The notes beneath the pieces are model-generated. The model had not been told where the DNA came from and did not search any database. It worked only from the letters and a program-made list of their open reading frames with translations. A DNA stretch of 64,000 nt from Podarcis filfolensis. Its lineage: Eukaryota. How positions within the stretch are numbered: position 1 is the first letter of the stretch; every line of letters starts with the position of its first letter. The position numbers and the translations under genes were made by a program. The stretch lies in assembly GCA_964270895.1 (NCBI GenBank), contig OZ185441.1; one strand, given 5' to 3'. Below, in pieces: positions 58,622-64,000 of the stretch.

Positions 58622-61051
58622 ATGAAGAGAAGAGGAATCCTTCATGGAGAGAGCTTTCAAACATCAGGAAGGCATATTACCCTTCTGATATTTTCATCTT
58701 TGTTCTGTGGAGCAGTTTTGGAAGAGGTTCACTATTCCATCCCTGAGGAGATGACAAAGGGGTCTTTGGTGGGAAATCTTGCCAAGGATCTGGGACTGAA
58801 TGCCAGAGACCTGAAGAGCAGAAACCTGCATATCCTTTCTGAAGGTAAAAAGCCATATTTCACTATCAATGCTGAAAATGGAAACCTATATGTGAATGAG
58901 AGGATAGATCGTGAGGGGATGTGTAGAGAGAGCACACATTGCATTATTGATTTTGAAGCGATGGTTGAAAAGCCATTGAATGTTTTCCATGTAAGTTTAG
59001 CAATTCAGGACATTAATGATAATGCCCCACAATTCCTAGAATCCAATATTAGACTAGATATAATTGAATCCACATTGCCGGGTGCCAGATTTCATATTGG
59101 GAAAGCTGAAGATCCTGATATTGGGATTAATTCTCTCCAGAATTATCAGTTAAGCCTAAATCAGTTCTTTATATTAGAAATTAAGCATAGTCTGGACGGC
59201 CATAAATATGCAGAATTGGTGCTGCAGAAACCTTTGGATCGGGAAAGTGAGCACTCACTTCAGTTGATCCTTACGGCCCTGGATGCGGGTGAACCCAGAA
59301 AAACTGGGACTGCCCAGATATGGATTAACATCACAGATGCCAATGACAACCCACCAGTTTTCACTCAAGAAGTTTATACAGTTAGCCTGAGGGAAAATTC
59401 CCCTCTGGGGTCCTCCATACTCCAAGTAAAAGCCTCTGATAGGGATGAAGGTTCAAATAGTCAGATCAGTTACACATTCAGTAAAGTCCCAGAAAAAGTC
59501 TATGAGAAATTTAGACTAGATCCACAAAGTGGAACAATTACAATTAAGGAGACCCTTGACTTTGAGGAAACAGAGAAGTACACTATGACAGTTGAAGCAA
59601 GAGATGGAGGAGGATTAGTGGCTCACTGTAATGTTGATATCAAGATTATAGATGAGAATGACAATGCTCCAGAGATCATCGTGGCCTCCTTATCTAGTCC
59701 AGTTCCTGAAGACTCTGCTTCTGGAACACTAATTGCTCTCATCAACGTAAAGGATAAAGATTCTGGAGAAAATGGAAAAATTACATGCCATCTACAAGGT
59801 AATGTACCATTTCAAATAGTGTCAACTTCAAAGAACTACTATAAAATCCTCACCGACAGTCCTTTGGACAGAGAAAAAGCCTCAGGATACAACATCACAA
59901 TCACGGCCACCGACAAAGGTAGCCCCCCTCTCTCCTCCAACAAAACTATCTCCCTGCAGATTTCAGATATCAATGACAACCCCCCTGCCTTTGAAAAATC
60001 AACCTACAGTGTCTTTGTTCCTGAAAACAATCCCTCAGGTGCCTCCATTTTTGCCCTCAAAGCCTCGGACCCAGATCTGGACCGCAACTCACGTATCACT
60101 TATTCCATCCTCAACAGCAACATGGAGGAGCTGCCTCTCTCCTCTTACGTCTCCATCAACTCTGAGACGGGAACTATCTATGCACAGCGCTCCTTTGACT
60201 ATGAGCAATTCAGGGAGTTTCAGATCCAAGTGAAGGCCCAAGATGGCGGCTCTCCCTCTCTCAGCAACAACGCCACCGTGTGGGTGTACATTTTGGATCA
60301 GAACGATAACAGCCCTCGCATTCTGTATCCTGTCCCGGGTGTTGAGGGCTCTGCTTTGTTTGAGATGGTTCCTCACTCGGCAGAGCCAGGCTACCTAGTG
60401 ACCAAAGTGGTGGCTGTGGACGCGGACTCTGGGCACAATGCCTGGCTCTCCTACCAAGTGCTGCAGGCCACAGAGCCGGCCCTCTTCACCATTGGGACCC
60501 ACACGGGAGAGATCAGGACATCAAGAGCCCTTCTGGAGAAAGATGCTGTGAAACAGAAGCTGGTCATCTTGGTGAAGGACAATGGGAAGGCTCCGCTCTC
60601 AGCTACTGTGGTCCTCAACCTCGTGGTTGCCGAGAACTTCCAAGAGGCACTTCCAGAAATGACTAGGCAATCCAGTGACACAGAGCATCATTCTGACCTC
60701 CAGTTTTACTTGGTGCTGGCTTTGGCATTGATCTCATTTTTATTCCTCCTGACGGTGATACTGGTCATTGTCATGAAACTTCGACAATCAGGAAATCCCA
60801 AATTATTCCACTGCTTTGAACCTAATGCTTTTTCTAAGGCACAGGTTATATTTCCACCAAACTATGAAGAAGGAACTTTACCTTATTCCTACCAACTCTG
60901 TCTATCGTCAGAGATGAGGAAAGAGCAGATCTCTTTCCCGAAATCCCATATCCAGGTGGCAGAAAACTTGCTATGCAATGATAGCTCTCAGGTGGTTCTT
61001 GTGGATGGCAACTGTGGGGATGCCAGTGCCAAAGAGGAGGTTGGTGAGCAG
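58622..61051 (+). CDS. PCDHGB: Protocadherin gamma-B-like variable exon V11 (810 codons)
   Basis: ATG at 58622. Full domain set. Donor CAG|GTAAGC at 61051/61052, phase 0. Confidence 0.95.
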
Positions 61052-61554
61052 GTAAGCTTTGCTTTTAGAATCAGCCTTACCTTATAGGAATAAAACTAAT
61101 ATTTTTATTTTGTTTTACTATATAAGGGGGTCAGGAAAATGAAATTACAGTGTTAGCAGCAATTGTTCTGATTGTGGAGAACTTTCCCTACACATAGAAA
61201 TGCTAGACGCAGTATAAATTCTGAATCATACAATAATGGCAGAGTGAGTCTTCATCTCAGGAATTAAAGGAAATGTAAGCATGCATACAGCTTGAGTGTT
61301 CAATCTTCCTGTGGGGTATTAGCATGTCACCATAAATATATAGTTATTTATACACCCCTCATTAATTAAAAATAAGGATCAACTTAACTGAAGAATGCAT
61401 AAAAAATGAATACTTCCTGTTTATTTGTAGTATAATTTTGGACTCTGTGTGGCTTTTCTGGAGGATTCATAAAAAGAAGTTGTGTGAAATACAGCAAGCA
61501 CAGAAAAGGCATCCCAAATGATCAATGGGTGCAACAACTTCTGTAGGGATATTT

Positions 61555-62822
61555 ATTTTGGATAAAAGACAAGAAGGGAAGTGAGACAGCTGTATAGAAT
61601 TATGAACGAGGTTGAGACAATGAATAGAGAGATCCCCCTCCCCCATATTACTGGAGCCTGCAGCCATCAGATGAATCTGAACATTGGGAGATTCAGAACA
61701 GATAAAAGGAAGTACTTCTTTATACAATGCATAGATAAACTATGGAATTCCTTGTTGACAACTAAATGCAACAAAGTAATTGCCAGAGAAGTCTGGGACA
61801 TCGGATCAGTGAAAATGGATGTGGCAGCAAACAATTAGTGTGAATCTTAAGAAACACTTGTATACGTTTATTTTTTGATGGTACATGACACTGCTGTGGC
61901 TTCGTCACATTTTAGTTGTTGTTGTTTATTTGTTTAGTTGTGTCTGACTCTTCGTGACCCCATGGACAGAGCACGCCAGGCACTCCTGTCTTCCACTGCC
62001 TCTCACAGTTTGGTCAAATTATAGTACAGCAAATAATTACATTGGAAGTACAATTCAACCAATGCTAGGATGCAACATATTTGGGAGGCATGTCCCTAAA
62101 TTAAGAATTTGTGGGTGGATATAATAAGAGAAAATGAAATAATGACAGGATGCACTTTCCCAATGGATCTTCTCATTGGTTTATCTAGTTATTTTAAGGA
62201 TTAAGTATAACAGAAGACAGAGAATTACTCCAACAGTTACTGTCTGTGGCCAAAGCAACTTTTTTTATAACTGAGGGCAGGGGCTAAGAACACCAGCTTT
62301 AGGGGAATGGATTACTACAGCATGGAATATTTTATCAATGGTTCAAATAATTAATACAGTAAGAATCAGAGAGGGGAGGCAGTCTGATAACTTTCAGTGT
62401 GTTTTTCATAATTTTTTGGTGCAATGAAGTTCAAGATAACGCAGACCCACATACTCTATTCAGATCTTTATGAAGGCTATATACTTTATTTGAGTTCATA
62501 ATAAAAATTTAAAGATAATTGTGTACCCAAACATTTGGTTTTTATATAAACCATTATTAAATAATTTACTTATTTAAACAAACAAACAATGGAAATCACT
62601 ATCACAAGATGCAATGATGGTCACCTACTTGGGTGGTTTTAAAGGGGGGTTAGAAAAAAATCATTGTCATGTTGGCTATATTACGTCTAGTAGCAGACAC
62701 CTCTGACTGTGGACCAAGGGCAGAGCTTTTGAGGGGCATCTGGTTGGCCACAGTGGGAGAAAGAATGCTGGACTCAGTAGAGCTCTGGCCTGATCCAGCA
62801 GGGCTCTTCTTATGTTTTTATG
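61555..62822 (+). mobile_element. Third copy of the CR1 fragment with nested L1-like insert (61755-62587)
   Basis: Paralogous to 43945-45075 and 50100-51183. Confidence 0.8.
61914..62018 (-). mobile_element. RTE/BovB-like LINE 3' end fragment, about 105 bp
   Basis: gttgttgttgttt (reverse CAA tail) followed by gtgtctgactcttcgtgaccccatggacagagcacgccaggc, a BovB-like 3' end recognised from memory; absent from the two paralogous copies. Confidence 0.75.
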
Positions 62823-63267
62823 AATAGAATTGTGTGCAGTGTTTCTGTGTGATAGACTAGCAGATGAAAAACTAGAAGCATGTTGAAAATTAGGCAGCAC
62901 TCTGGTTGTGATCACTTGGAAATGTCAATTCCGTTCAGTGGGGTTCCAGTTTCAAGGGGATATACGGCAGGCAAAAATATTTGAATAGCATACACATCTC
63001 CAGATTGGGTTTATGGTCCTCTAGGCTGTTCTGTTCTGAGCTATTACCTTTAATGCGTACAAACTGAAAGTAAATTACTTTAGTTATTTTCTAATAAAAC
63101 CTCTATCATATACTCTTTCAATTAGACACTATTGATTTCTTCTAACACCTCTTGTCTGTCCACTGTTCTCAGTTCCCAAACTTCATGATGCTATTATCAT
63201 AATATGAAATAATGTGTAAAGTATCCAACAAACATTTTATCCTGTTGGATCATGCCTAGCTTCCGTC

Positions 63268-63434
63268 AAGGTGTTCCGTTGTGCCAAAAGCTGTTTAGTC
63301 ATTCTGGCCACATGACCTGGAAAGCTGTCTGTGGACCAATGCTGACTCCCTCGGCCTGAAAGAGAGATGAGCGCCACCACCCCATAGTCGCCTTTGACTG
63401 AACTTAACTATCCAGGGGTCCTTTACCCTTTTTT
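63268..63434 (+). mobile_element. 5'-truncated Sauria SINE, paralog of 51904-52070
   Basis: Same position and truncation point within spacer Y. Confidence 0.85.
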
Positions 63435-64000
63435 ACTGCTGGTAGAGCAGCTACAGCCATTGGTCCTGCACTTGTGCTGTGTTCCTGCTTTGATCACAGG
63501 GAACAACTGCTAAGCAAGGACATTTGTGTGGCACCAGCAGGTAGAAGGCAGGTGGCAGAGTCTGATGTAGAACCAATACCAGCGAACACACTTTTATCAC
63601 CTAGTGCTGTCTAGACAGAAGCTGCAAGTGTTGCATCTTATCTTATCCTCAACAGACAGAGAGAGAACTCTTGGAATAGTAAGTTACTCTTGGAATTCCT
63701 ACCCAACATTGAGAAGAACTTGTGCTCTGTTCCATAAATGTTGATAGACATCCAACAACTTAGGATAGATAAAAAAGGAGAATAATTTCAAGAGGGTGTT
63801 TATATTCTATTTAAGCAACAACAACAAAAATACATTAGACTTACAGCTCTTGTGCTACTATAGCATAACTATTATCGTAATACATTAATTTTAAGATAAA
63901 GTTTTACTCTGTAACTGGATATTTTTATATTAATAATAATGTTTCCATATTTCCAATAAAAAATGAAGATGTGCATAACCTTAATGTAATTGCAGTATTA

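Larger units (their letters stand above)
54143..64000 (+). repeat. Segmental duplication copy 3 (V10 3' half + X + V11 + Y), runs off the window
   Basis: Collinear with 36129-45124 and 45122-52624. Confidence 0.92.

Noticed and set aside
59282-59290. V11 EC2 ALDGG changed to ALDAG
   Set aside because: The variable position of AxDxG tolerates many residues; Asp and Gly are intact.
182-60681. Recurrent antisense and alternative-frame ORFs inside the exons (60-160 aa)
   Set aside because: They recur only because the exons are near-identical copies; no independent coding signal. I could not identify an exonic CTCF site or antisense promoter of the Pcdh-alpha type.
2067-61087. ORF-track C-terminal extensions of the Pcdh ORFs past the GT donors (e.g. 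to 8498, 14111, 19449)
   Set aside because: Each exon has a phase-0 donor at the homologous position; the extra 4-29 codons are unconserved intron read-through. A single-exon (beta-like) reading is not supported.
36129-64000. The whole duplication as a false haplotype duplication
   Set aside because: Three copies rather than two, different exon 5' halves, and private TSD-flanked insertions argue for real paralogs; read depth is still needed for certainty.

Overview
This is vertebrate (eukaryotic) DNA from the variable region of a clustered protocadherin-gamma (Pcdhg) locus. It is most likely from a squamate, probably a lacertid lizard, judged from the Sauria-type SINE and other repeats; that species assignment is inference. 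The window holds 11 tandem + strand variable exons of about 2.4 kb, the first 5'-truncated by the window edge. Each encodes a signal peptide, EC1-EC6, a TM segment and a variable cytoplasmic segment, and ends at a phase-0 GT donor. The constant exons lie outside the window. Ten exons are gamma-B-like and one (29829) is gamma-A-like. All 10 complete exons have a CSE/CTCF-type promoter element about 250-290 bp upstream of the ATG; in 7 of 10 the canonical CGCT core has lost its CpG, and the gamma-B promoters I counted are almost CpG-free. The right half (about 36.1-64 kb) is a young tandem amplification. It contains a chimeric exon whose breakpoint is at the EC3/EC4 boundary, a 3-bp microhomology junction at 45122-45124, and copy-private TE insertions whose empty sites are visible in the sister copies. 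The spacers also hold a Tc1/mariner MITE, a solo LTR, CR1/L2/L1/RTE fragments, SINEs and microsatellites. I found no unrelated novel gene system; the novelty candidates are regulatory and evolutionary. Exons are numbered V1-V11 in window order.
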